In this document: one piece after another, positions 8,539 to 17,511 of the stretch
Position numbering within the stretch: the stretch's first letter is position 1
How the letters are laid out: each line of letters starts with the position of its first letter
Assembly (NCBI GenBank): GCA_035703005.1
Contig: DASSZA010000125.1
Span: forward strand, 1-55,068
Length of the DNA: 55,068 bases
Origin: Candidatus Limnocylindrales bacterium
Lineage (GTDB): Bacteria; Chloroflexota; Limnocylindria; Limnocylindrales; CSP1-4
Direction: 5' to 3'
Position numbers and translations under genes: made by a program
Notes under the pieces: generated by a model
The model's database searches: none
What the model saw: the letters and a program-made list of their open reading frames with translations, nothing else
What the model was told of the DNA's origin: nothing

Positions 8539-10581
8539 GTGGGTTCCGACGACCGCCAGCGCGAGACCATCGATGACCTCGATGTGCTGCTGGCGTCCCT
8601 CCCACCCGAGATCGTCGAAGCGGTGCATCGACTCCCGAACCGGGAGGAGCTGATCGAGGTCGTCATGGACCTCGGTCGCCAGCCGGAGGGCCGCTTCCCC
8701 GATGCCGAGGTGAGCCTGCTCGACCGCGAGGTGACCGAGGCGGACATCGCGTTCGTCATCGACCACATCGGATCGTTCGGGGATGACAACCGCGCCGGCA
8801 TCGAGCGGACACTCCACAGGATCAGCGCCATCCGCAACCGGAACGGCAAGGTCGTCGGACTCACGCTGCGGGTCGGGCGCGCCGTCTACGGGACGATCGA
8901 GATCATCGCGGACTTCGTCGAGACCGGGAAATCGATCCTGATCATGGGGCGGCCGGGCATCGGCAAGACGACGATGCTGCGTGAGGCCGCCCGGGTGCTC
9001 GCCGACGACCTCGGCAAGCGAGTCGTCGTGGTCGATACGTCGAACGAGATCGCCGGCGACGGCGACATCGCCCACCCGGCGATCGGTAAGGCGCGCCGGA
9101 TGCAGGTCCGGACGCCGTCGCTCCAGCACGAGGTCATGATCGAGGCGGTCGAGAACCACATGCCGCAGGTGATCGTCATCGACGAGATCGGCACGGAACT
9201 CGAAGCTGCCGCCGCCCGGACGATCGCCGAGCGTGGCGTCCAGCTGATCGGCACCGCGCACGGCAACAACCTCGATAACCTGATGCTCAATCCGACCCTG
9301 TCCGACCTGATCGGCGGCATCCAGAGCGTGACCCTGGGCGACGAGGAGGCGCGCCGCCGGCGGACCCAGAAGAGCGTCCTGGAGCGCAAGGCGCCGCCGA
9401 CGTTCGATGTGATCGTCGAGATCCAGGATCGGGAGCGCGTCGCAGTCCACAGCGACGTCGCCGAGACCGTCGATGCGCTGCTGCGGGGCGATGCCGTCGC
9501 CCCGGAGCTGCGGTGGCGGGACGAGGAGGGTGTCCATCGATCGCAGGGCCGACCTCGTCCGTCGCCGCGCGAGCAGCTTGGCGCCGAGCGTTTCGCGGGA
9601 CTGGTAGGTGGTGGCTCGCCGTGGCGGATGGAGCCCGGCTGGCGCGGTGATGGCTCACGCGGTGGATATCGCGATGCGGAGCGCACCTCCTTTCGGCCCG
9701 GCTACCGGCCCGGGGCGTCGGGTGGCTGGCGCCAGACCCGAGGCGGACCGGGCCGAGAGAACACGCGCCCGCTCTCGAGCGCAACCCCGGACGTGATGCC
9801 CGGGGAGCGGTTCGCGAACCGACCGGGTGATGAGCCGTTCGTCGCGGGCGACATCGCGGACCGTGGTCCGCTGGAGCGTGGCGCGGCGGCGACGACCGTG
9901 GATACGCGCGCTCGTGAGGCGCGCGAGCTCGACCGCCAGAAGGCGTGGCGCGACCAGGCGTCCAAGGCGATGCAGACATACAAGGCGGAGGAGGGGACGG
10001 CGCCGGTCAACGCGGATCCCGTCGAGGGGCAGGACGACGCCGAGCTGGCGCTCGGCGCGGCACAGGGCGAGTACGGTGAGATGATCCTCGTCCCTGGTGG
10101 ATCGCCGCTCCCCACGCTTCGTGTCCTGCCCCAAGGCGTCAGCCGCAAGCGACTCGAGCAGGCGGTCCGCGATCTCGGCTTGCCGGTCGTGATCGCCCGG
10201 GACGTGGACGAGGCAGACGTCGTCATGACGCTGAAGAACGAATACAAGCAGAAGACACCGCTGCTCCGGGAGGCGGAGGAGCGAGCGATGCCGATCTACG
10301 TCCTCAAGAGCAACACGATCCCGCAGATGCAGTCGAGCCTGACATCGATCTTCTCGCTCGAGATCGACCCGCGCGAAGCCGCCCTGCGCGAGGCCGAGGA
10401 CGCCATCGATGCCGTCCTGCGCTCGTCAGAGGCGGTCGAGCTGTCGCCGCAGAACGCGTACATCCGTCGGCTGCAGCACCAGATGGCCGAACGGGCCAAC
10501 CTCGTGTCACGGTCCCGTGGCCGCGAGCCGTTCCGGCGTGTCCGCCTCTACCCGGACGCCGCACGAAGCACGTGGCGGTGA
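8539..10581 (+). CDS. SpoIIIAA/Ycf45-like AAA ATPase with C-terminal R3H domain
   Basis: Walker A GRPGIGKTT, Walker B VIVIDEIG, GTAHGNNL; C-terminal ELSPQNAYIRRLQHQMAE (R-x3-H). Start moved from GTG 8521 to in-frame GTG 8539 because AGGAGG (8528-8533) sits 5 nt upstream; 8521 remains possible. Confidence 0.8.
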   Translation: MGSDDRQRETIDDLDVLLASLPPEIVEAVHRLPNREELIEVVMDLGRQPEGRFPDAEVSLLDREVTEADIAFVIDHIGSFGDDNRAGIERTLHRISAIRNRNGKVVGLTLRVGRAVYGTIEIIADFVETGKSILIMGRPGIGKTTMLREAARVLADDLGKRVVVVDTSNEIAGDGDIAHPAIGKARRMQVRTPSLQHEVMIEAVENHMPQVIVIDEIGTELEAAAARTIAERGVQLIGTAHGNNLDNLMLNPTLSDLIGGIQSVTLGDEEARRRRTQKSVLERKAPPTFDVIVEIQDRERVAVHSDVAETVDALLRGDAVAPELRWRDEEGVHRSQGRPRPSPREQLGAERFAGLVGGGSPWRMEPGWRGDGSRGGYRDAERTSFRPGYRPGASGGWRQTRGGPGRENTRPLSSATPDVMPGERFANRPGDEPFVAGDIADRGPLERGAAATTVDTRAREARELDRQKAWRDQASKAMQTYKAEEGTAPVNADPVEGQDDAELALGAAQGEYGEMILVPGGSPLPTLRVLPQGVSRKRLEQAVRDLGLPVVIARDVDEADVVMTLKNEYKQKTPLLREAEERAMPIYVLKSNTIPQMQSSLTSIFSLEIDPREAALREAEDAIDAVLRSSEAVELSPQNAYIRRLQHQMAERANLVSRSRGREPFRRVRLYPDAARSTWR

Positions 10582-11273
10582 CAGAGGCCTCCACCCCCGC
10601 GTCCGTGCGCGGCGCACTTCCGCGCCTCGCGACCGGACTCATCGCGTACGGCGTGCTCGGTCTCGTCCTCGCGCTGATCGCGGCGCTTGCCTTGGCCTGG
10701 GCCGGTGGCCGTTTCGCGTCGCTCGGTGACCGGATCGAGACGCAGGCGGCGACGATCGCCGACACCCTTGACGCGTCGGCCTCCGCGCTCCAGGACGCGT
10801 CGTCATCGGCCACCTCGTTCGCTGTCACGCTCGAACGGACGCCACCCATCGTCCGCCAGGTCGGCACGGCACTCGGTGATGTCGAGACGAGCCTCCAGTC
10901 GATGTCGTCGCAGCTGGCCGCGATCGACATCCTCGGCCGTCAGCCACTCGCCGGAACGGCGGAACGGGTCAACAACATGGCCGCGGCGCTCGACGGGCTC
11001 GACACCCGCCTCGGCCTCGTCGCCGGCGACCTCGAGGGGAACCGCGACGCGTTGCTCAAGAACTCGGCGTCCCTCGCCGCGTTGAGCGAGCAGCTCACCA
11101 GCTTGGCCGATCAGCTTCGCAGCGAGGGCATTTCGACGGCCCTGGCGGACATCCGTGCCGTTCTGGTCGTCTTCGGCCTGATCCTGCTGACGTGGATCGT
11201 CCTGCCCTCGGCCGGCGCGCTCGCGCTGGGCTGGTGGCTCCGGCGACAAGTCGAGCCGGAGGCAGTGGTCTAG
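10572..11273 (+). CDS. Membrane protein, unknown function (N- and C-terminal TM helices, long Ala/Leu/Ser-rich helical ectodomain)
   Basis: 233 aa; overlaps ATPase stop (GTG 10572 or GTG 10578 in a GTGA overlap); LIAYGVLGLVLALIAALALAWAGG and VLVVFGLILLTWIVLPSAGALALGWWL. Confidence 0.55.
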   Translation: MAVTEASTPASVRGALPRLATGLIAYGVLGLVLALIAALALAWAGGRFASLGDRIETQAATIADTLDASASALQDASSSATSFAVTLERTPPIVRQVGTALGDVETSLQSMSSQLAAIDILGRQPLAGTAERVNNMAAALDGLDTRLGLVAGDLEGNRDALLKNSASLAALSEQLTSLADQLRSEGISTALADIRAVLVVFGLILLTWIVLPSAGALALGWWLRRQVEPEAVV

Positions 11274-11294
11274 AAGCAGTCTCGGCAGGTCGGA

Positions 11295-12743
11295 TCAGCG
11301 AAGGTCGCGGCGAAGGGCCGACAGCGCCGCGAGATGACCGCCCATCCCGTGCACGCCGCCGCCGGGTGGCGTCGAAGCGGAGCACAGATACACGCGGTCG
11401 CCGGCGTGATACGGGTCCAGCCCGCGAGTCGGTCGGAAGACGAGTTGGCGGATATCCGCGATGCCGGCATTGATGTCCCCGCCGACGTAGTTCGCGTCGT
11501 GGCGCTCCATGTCGGCGGCGGTGTGGATCGACCGGGCGAGGACGAGGTCGCGGAAGCCCGGTGCGAGCCGCTCGAGCTCGGCCTCGATGCGGTCGGTCAT
11601 GTCCACCGTCGAACCGGACGGCACGTGGCAGTACGCCCACGCCGTCTCGTGCCCGAGTGGCGCCCGGCTCGGATCCCACCGGGCGTACTGGGCGAACAAC
11701 GTGAACGGCCGGTCGGGGGCACGGCCGCTCGCGACCTGACGTTCCGAGCGAACGACGTCCTCCATCCGCCCGCCGAGGTGGATGGTCGCCGCCCGGTGCA
11801 ACGCCTCGTCCGCCCAGGGCACCGGGCCGGCGAGCGCCCAGTCGATCTTGAAGACCCCCGGGCCATAGCGGAAACGCTCATAGCGCCGGCGGGTCGATGG
11901 CGATAGACGGTCACCCGCGATCCCGACGGCCGCCTGCGGCGTCGTGTCGAGGATCACAACGGCGGACTCCGGCACCGCGTCGAGGGTCGTCACCTCGTAA
12001 CCCGTCACGATCTCGCCGCCGAGCCGCCGGATCTCGGCCGCCATCGCTTCCGCGACGGCGGCGGTCCCGCCTCTGACCAGCGGCCAGCCGACCGCGTGCG
12101 CATATGTACCCAGCACGAGCCCGAATGCCGCGGTCAAGGGTCGGTCGAGGCGGACCATCGAATGCGCGGCGAGCCCGACGAACAGGGCTCGGGCCGCCTC
12201 GCCGCGGAACCGGGAGCTGGCAAGGCCGACGGCTGAACGCAGGGCAGGCAGTCCGAACCGCGCGAGGGCGAGCGGATGACGCGGGACGTGGACGACCGGT
12301 CGCAGCAGCTCCCGGCCCAACTTGGCTTCATCCCGCGCGAGTGGCGCGAACAGTCGGCGCCAGGCGGAGCCATCGTCCGTGCGGCGATCCGCGTCGAGGT
12401 TGGCCGCCGTCGCGGTGAACGACCGCTCGAGGATGACGCTACGTCCGACATCGAGCGCGTGCGCGACCGGCGCGTCCGGCTCGATGAACTGGACGCCGAG
12501 GGCGGGCCAGTCGACGGTCCGGAAGAACGGTGACGCGAGGGCGAGCGGCACGATCGAGGAGCACACGTCGTGCCGGAAACCGGGGCGCGTCAGTTCCTCT
12601 GTCCGCGTCCCGCCACCGATCGTCTCCGCGGCCTCGTACACGCGGACCGATCGGCCGGCCCTGGCGAGGCTGAGGGCCGCCGCGAGACCGTTCGGTCCGG
12701 AGCCGACGACGATCGCGTCGATCGCCGGCCGTGTCTCGGTCAA
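11295..12743 (-). CDS. FAD/NAD(P)-dependent oxidoreductase, phytoene desaturase (CrtI)-like family
   Basis: ORF 11295..12977 trimmed to TTG 12741-12743 forming TTGA overlap with upstream stop; N-terminus then reads LTETRPAIDAIVVGSGPNGLAAALSLARAGRSVRVYEAAETIGGG (dinucleotide-binding motif). Confidence 0.75.
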   Translation of the reverse strand: MTETRPAIDAIVVGSGPNGLAAALSLARAGRSVRVYEAAETIGGGTRTEELTRPGFRHDVCSSIVPLALASPFFRTVDWPALGVQFIEPDAPVAHALDVGRSVILERSFTATAANLDADRRTDDGSAWRRLFAPLARDEAKLGRELLRPVVHVPRHPLALARFGLPALRSAVGLASSRFRGEAARALFVGLAAHSMVRLDRPLTAAFGLVLGTYAHAVGWPLVRGGTAAVAEAMAAEIRRLGGEIVTGYEVTTLDAVPESAVVILDTTPQAAVGIAGDRLSPSTRRRYERFRYGPGVFKIDWALAGPVPWADEALHRAATIHLGGRMEDVVRSERQVASGRAPDRPFTLFAQYARWDPSRAPLGHETAWAYCHVPSGSTVDMTDRIEAELERLAPGFRDLVLARSIHTAADMERHDANYVGGDINAGIADIRQLVFRPTRGLDPYHAGDRVYLCSASTPPGGGVHGMGGHLAALSALRRDLR

Positions 12744-14200
12744 CTGGCGGGGATCGCGCCGCCGCCCACCGGGAACGGCGGTCCCGGCACGAACCGAACG
12801 TTCGGGAACGCACCCGTCAGGCAGATCGGACCGGCGATGTCCGTTTCCAGCGTGCCGGTCGCGGTCACCGGCGTCCCGGTCCCGTTCGCATCGACCGCAT
12901 TCGGTCCCTCGCTGATCCACGTGGGTGGCGACGCCTGCGGGTCGAAGGTCGGCAGGAGCGAGGTGACCTCGGCCCACGTATGGGGCGCCTCGACGCCGAT
13001 GACGGTCGCGCCGGACGGCTGGCCGGCGGGACCTGTGTAGGTCAGATCGTGGACACCCGGCTGGTCCGATGAGCCGGTCAGTGAGCAGGTCGTGCCGTCG
13101 AACGACACGGCCAGCGACCCTCCGAGCGTGAATGGCGTCGCCCGCGGCTCACCACGACGCAAGGCGTCGAGGAGCGCGGTCTCGACAGCCGGTCGATCCG
13201 CGGACGAGGCGTAGCGGATGCTCCGCCCACCGTCGTCCCGGACCAGTCGCCCATCGTCCCCGGCGCTGACCGTCACGTCCTCCCAGCTCACGAGGCCCGC
13301 GTCGGTGAGCGCGAGCGCGGCGAGCTCGTCCCACAACTGCTGTCCGTCCTGGGCGCGAAGTCGGTCCGGATTCCTGACGAGGAGCTCGTAGACGAGGTCG
13401 GCGCCACCCGCCTTGTGGTCGGTCTTGAGGCGGTCGGCGAGATCTGCCGGCACGGGCACGTCCTTGGTCGCGTCGAGCGGCACGATCGAGACGGGCACGT
13501 CGGAAGCCAGGACCGCGGAGACGGCCGACGGGTCGGCATAGGCGTTCCACTCGAGCGGCGTGCCGCCGTCGAGTCCGTTGACGAACACGTTCCCCGGCGC
13601 GTCGATCGTCCCGAGCATCGCGTGGACACCGGCGAGCCGATCAGCGATGGTCTCGTCCGCAGCGAGGGCGTCCTCGAGGTTCGTCAGTGGCCCGAGCGCC
13701 ACGAGCGTCGGCGCGCTCGGGCTGGCGTCCACGGCAGCCGAGATCACGTCGACCGCGTCGCGCGGAACGCCTGACTCGGCCTGCGGCGGGATGTCGAGAC
13801 CGAAACCGGCGTCGGCCCTGGTGCGCCATGCAGCTGGGAACGCATGCGCATCGGGTCCACCCGCCTCGCGACCGCAGCCGAACGGGATGTCCGGCGAGCC
13901 GAGCTCATCGAGCAGATAGCGCGCGATCAACCGGCCGCCCTGGCAGTGGACGAGGCCGGTCCCGCTGATGGTGATCGCGCGAACGTCGACGGCCGGATCA
14001 CGCAGCAGGATGGCGATCGCGGCGAGGTCGCTGAGGTCGAAGTCGGCGTCGATGATGACCGGGATCCGCTCGGTCGGGGGCTCGCCCGTCCGGATCGATG
14101 GCGACGTCGCTGCTGTCGACGAGCAGGCGACCGACACGACGGCGACTGATGCCATCAACGCAGCGACGAGCCAAGGTGAACGCCGGGGATACCGAGACAT
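12740..14200 (-). CDS. Lipoprotein nucleoside hydrolase (inosine/uridine-preferring family) with extra C-terminal domain
   Basis: 486 aa; signal peptide plus lipobox VSVAC; IPVIIDADFDLSDLAAIAILL (DxDxxxDD-like nucleoside hydrolase signature region). Confidence 0.8.
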   Translation of the reverse strand: MSRYPRRSPWLVAALMASVAVVSVACSSTAATSPSIRTGEPPTERIPVIIDADFDLSDLAAIAILLRDPAVDVRAITISGTGLVHCQGGRLIARYLLDELGSPDIPFGCGREAGGPDAHAFPAAWRTRADAGFGLDIPPQAESGVPRDAVDVISAAVDASPSAPTLVALGPLTNLEDALAADETIADRLAGVHAMLGTIDAPGNVFVNGLDGGTPLEWNAYADPSAVSAVLASDVPVSIVPLDATKDVPVPADLADRLKTDHKAGGADLVYELLVRNPDRLRAQDGQQLWDELAALALTDAGLVSWEDVTVSAGDDGRLVRDDGGRSIRYASSADRPAVETALLDALRRGEPRATPFTLGGSLAVSFDGTTCSLTGSSDQPGVHDLTYTGPAGQPSGATVIGVEAPHTWAEVTSLLPTFDPQASPPTWISEGPNAVDANGTGTPVTATGTLETDIAGPICLTGAFPNVRFVPGPPFPVGGGAIPAS

Positions 14201-14206
14201 GGCAAC

Positions 14207-14212
14207 ATCGTA
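14207..14212 (-). promoter_or_regulatory. -10 box TACGAT, 6 nt before ATG 14200 (nucleoside hydrolase)
   Basis: Minus strand TACGAT-gttgcc-ATG. Confidence 0.35.
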
Positions 14213-14225
14213 AGGGCCGCCCGCG

Positions 14226-14687
14226 CTAGGTCGGTTCCGCGGTGACCCCCTGGCGGTCGAACCAGATCCGCTCGCCCGAGAACACGCCGGTCGTCCGATC
14301 CCACGGGAAGAGGATCAACACCTCGAGTGCGACCGCGAGGCCCGACGGCGGGGCACCCGCCCACGGTCCCTGGTTCGTCCCGGTCAGCGTCGCGACCTCG
14401 AAGACGCCCTGCGGCCCGACGACGATCTCCGATAGGGCGAACGCGTTGTCTGGAAACGCCGCGAACAGTTCGGTGTAGAAGCGCCGCGCGCCGTCATGGC
14501 CTTCCCAGCGCTGGCCGGTCACCGCGATCTCATACACGCAATCCGGCGACAGCGTGGCGAGAAGACCGTCGATGTCACGCTGGTCCTCGGCGATCGAATG
14601 GCGGACCCAGAGCCGTTTGATCCGTCGAAGTTCGGCCGGATCGAATGGGCGCGCGAGGCGCGCCTGGATCGACTCCGACGCCGTCAC
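14226..14687 (-). CDS. SnoaL-like / NTF2-fold (ester cyclase family) protein
   Basis: 153 aa; GTGA overlap with upstream gene; DIDGLLATLSPDCVYE...GHDGARRFYTELFAAFPD pattern of SnoaL-like cyclases. Confidence 0.65.
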   Translation of the reverse strand: MTASESIQARLARPFDPAELRRIKRLWVRHSIAEDQRDIDGLLATLSPDCVYEIAVTGQRWEGHDGARRFYTELFAAFPDNAFALSEIVVGPQGVFEVATLTGTNQGPWAGAPPSGLAVALEVLILFPWDRTTGVFSGERIWFDRQGVTAEPT

Positions 14688-15937
14688 GCGACCGCGGCAG
14701 TCGCGAGGGCGTCGACGGCTTCGAGCGTCCGGTCGACCTCCTCAGCCGTGTTGTAGTGGACGAGACCCAGCCGCAGGACGCCGCCACTTTCCGCCTTGCC
14801 GAGGCGCTCGATCAGACCCGTCGCGTAGAAGTCGCCGTCCCAGACGTAGATCCCATGTCGGCCGAGGTCCTCGGCCGCGGTTCGCGGGTCGACGCCGTCG
14901 ATCGACAGCGACACGGTCGGGACGCGCTCCGTGAACCGCGATGGGTCGGTGATCCCGTGGATCGTCAGGCCACGGATGGATCCCAGGCCGTCGATGAGCC
15001 GTGTCACCAGCGCCCGCTCATACCCGACGATGGCTTCCATCGCCGCGACCAGCTCGCTGCGGCGCGAGCCATCGGCCGGCGTGCCGAACCGCCGACCGAC
15101 GTCGCGCAGGTACTCCGTCGCGGCTAGCGTCCCGGCGATCGACTCGAACGCGGCAGTTCCCGTCTCGAACCGGTCGCTCGCCGGACGGACCTTGAAGGCC
15201 GGCAACGAATCGAGGACGTCGGCCTTGCCGTAGAGCGCGCCGAGGTGCGGACCGAACCACTTGTAGGCGCTGCAGACGAGGAAGTCGGTGTCGAGCGCCT
15301 GGACGTCGATCGGTCCATGCGGCGCGTAGGCGACCGCATCGATGAATGTGAGCGCGCCGACCTCGTGAGCGCGCGCGACGATCTCGCGTACCGGGTTGAT
15401 GGTGCCGACCGCATTGCTCGCGTAACCGACGGCGACCAGCTTCGTCTTCCCGCTCAGCTTCGACTCGAGGTCTTCGAGGTCGAGCGTGACGTCATCCATC
15501 CGGATGTCGACCTTGCGGACGGTCACACCGCGGTCGGCGGCCATCGCTTCCCAGGTGCTGACGTTCGCCTCATGGTCGAGGGTCGTTACGACGATCTCGT
15601 CGCCGGGGTCGAGGGTCGCGCCGATGCTGCGCCCGATGTGTAGCGTGAGCGTGGACATGTTGTAGCCGAACTTGATCTCGTCCGGACTCGCTGCTCCGAG
15701 GAAGTCGGCGATGGCTACGTGCGCCTCTTCGGCCATCGCGTCCGACGCCTCGCTCGTCGCGAAGGCCCCGCCGTGGTTCGCGTTCGTGTCGCTGAGGTAG
15801 CCGGCGACGGCATCGATGACGCGCTGCGGGACCTGGGTGCCGCCCGGTCCGTCGAGGTAGGCGACGGCGCGGCCGTCCTGCTCGCGTCGGAGCGCGGGGA
15901 ACTCGGCGCGTAGCGCCGTGACGTCGAATGCGGGCAT
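14684..15937 (-). CDS. Class V aminotransferase, cysteine desulfurase-like protein
   Basis: 417 aa; PLP-lysine context DFLVCSAYKWFGPHLG; overall layout of cysteine desulfurase-like family. Confidence 0.85.
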   Translation of the reverse strand: MPAFDVTALRAEFPALRREQDGRAVAYLDGPGGTQVPQRVIDAVAGYLSDTNANHGGAFATSEASDAMAEEAHVAIADFLGAASPDEIKFGYNMSTLTLHIGRSIGATLDPGDEIVVTTLDHEANVSTWEAMAADRGVTVRKVDIRMDDVTLDLEDLESKLSGKTKLVAVGYASNAVGTINPVREIVARAHEVGALTFIDAVAYAPHGPIDVQALDTDFLVCSAYKWFGPHLGALYGKADVLDSLPAFKVRPASDRFETGTAAFESIAGTLAATEYLRDVGRRFGTPADGSRRSELVAAMEAIVGYERALVTRLIDGLGSIRGLTIHGITDPSRFTERVPTVSLSIDGVDPRTAAEDLGRHGIYVWDGDFYATGLIERLGKAESGGVLRLGLVHYNTAEEVDRTLEAVDALATAAVA

Positions 15938-15941
15938 GAGG

Positions 15942-17510
15942 TCAGGCTAGCGTGACCCGGACGCCCGCGTCCTCCAGGATCCGTTGCGCCCGCTTGCCGA
16001 TCAGCGCCGGCATGCCCTCGTCGTTCGGGAGGTAGATGGTCGCGGTCCCGGCGACATGGGACAGCGCCTCTGCGTAGGGGCCGAGGTCGTCGAGCATGAT
16101 GTGTTCGACTTCGCCATCGAGCTCGGCCGTCATCAAGCCGCGGCTCGAGATGCGGATCTTGAGATCCGGTGGCCCGACGGTCGGCGCCGGGGCCGCGGGC
16201 TCTTCGGCAGGAGCAGCGGCGGTGGGCTTCTCCGCAAGGGCGGCAGGCGGCGCGACAGGCGTCGGGGGCTCCTCAGTTGGCGGTGTCGGCGCCTCGTTGG
16301 GCTGCAACGCGGTCGCCGCCGCGAGGAGAGCTTCCGGAGCCGTAACACGTTCGACGGGTGGCGCGGACGCGCCCGCGGCGATCGGCTCGGGTGCCGGGGC
16401 TGGTTCCGGCTCGGGCGCGGCGACCGGCTCTTGCGCGAGCACCGGTCCCTCCGCGAGGCGCGCTTCTGGTGTGACATCGGGCGCTGTCTCCGCGCGCGAC
16501 TCTGCGCCCGGGGTCGGCCGCGTCCCCACCGCGGCTGCCGCCACCAGCGGCGGGTCCTCCGTCGCGGGCAGTCGGAATCCCTCCGCTCCAGACGACCCGC
16601 CAGCGGCGAATGCCGAGAATGCCGATCGATCTCGCGCGGCGTCCAGCGACGACGCTGCAAGCACGGCGTTCGGCATCGCCTCACGCGTCGACTCATGGAC
16701 CGTCGCCGCCGCCGATGGGTCGCTGGGTGCGGCCATCCCTGCGAGTTGAAGCCGGCGACGCTCGGCAACCTTGCCTTCGACCCACCAGATGAGGACGACC
16801 AGGAAGATCGCCCCGACGACGCCGAGACCGAGGCCGATCCCCGTGATCGTCACGAGTGTGTCGAGGTTGCTCGTGAAGAGGCTCAGGACGCGCGGGACGA
16901 TGTATCCGCCGAACACCGAGATCCAGGCCGCGAAGACGAGCGCTTCGCCTCGGGTCATCACCTCGTCGCCGCCGACCTTCGGCTCGAGACGACGGGCGAC
17001 GTCACGCACGATCGCCGGCACTCGCCACAGGTTGAGGATCGGGATGAAGTTCTCGACGAAGGCCATCATCCCGTTGGCAGCCGGATAGCCGAGCCCGAGC
17101 GCCGGCATCGATGTCACCGTCCGACTCAACCAGAGCGCCCAGGCGATGAGCGCCAGCAGAGCGATGCCGAGCGCGACGATGGTGATCGTCGCGATGTAGG
17201 CCCGTTGCTCGTCCGTCGCGCCGCCAGCGGCAAGGTAGTCGAGGTATTGCCGCAACAGGCTGAACTGGACGATCTGCATCACGCCCACGGCGAGGATCAG
17301 GATGGACGCAAGCGCGGCCGCCCAGCGCGATGCCTTGAACGGCGGCAGCTCGATCGCGCGCAGCGGTCCGTGCGATGTCGGGTCGATCGTTTCGGGGTCG
17401 ACCGCCGCGCGGTCCCGCGGGGTCCGGCAGTTGTAGCACTGGCGGGCGCCGGCGTTGTTGATCGAACGGCAGTCGCCGCAGACCCAGAAGTCTCCTGCGA
17501 GGGTGCTCAT
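15942..17510 (-). CDS. Zinc-ribbon plus polytopic membrane (DUF4328-like) protein with Pro/Ala-rich linker and small C-terminal domain
   Basis: 522 aa; N-terminal CGDC-x10-CYNC ribbon; about 6 hydrophobic helices (residues ~60-260); roughly 190-aa P/A-rich tract. Confidence 0.7.
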   Translation of the reverse strand: MSTLAGDFWVCGDCRSINNAGARQCYNCRTPRDRAAVDPETIDPTSHGPLRAIELPPFKASRWAAALASILILAVGVMQIVQFSLLRQYLDYLAAGGATDEQRAYIATITIVALGIALLALIAWALWLSRTVTSMPALGLGYPAANGMMAFVENFIPILNLWRVPAIVRDVARRLEPKVGGDEVMTRGEALVFAAWISVFGGYIVPRVLSLFTSNLDTLVTITGIGLGLGVVGAIFLVVLIWWVEGKVAERRRLQLAGMAAPSDPSAAATVHESTREAMPNAVLAASSLDAARDRSAFSAFAAGGSSGAEGFRLPATEDPPLVAAAAVGTRPTPGAESRAETAPDVTPEARLAEGPVLAQEPVAAPEPEPAPAPEPIAAGASAPPVERVTAPEALLAAATALQPNEAPTPPTEEPPTPVAPPAALAEKPTAAAPAEEPAAPAPTVGPPDLKIRISSRGLMTAELDGEVEHIMLDDLGPYAEALSHVAGTATIYLPNDEGMPALIGKRAQRILEDAGVRVTLA

Positions 17511-17511
17511 C

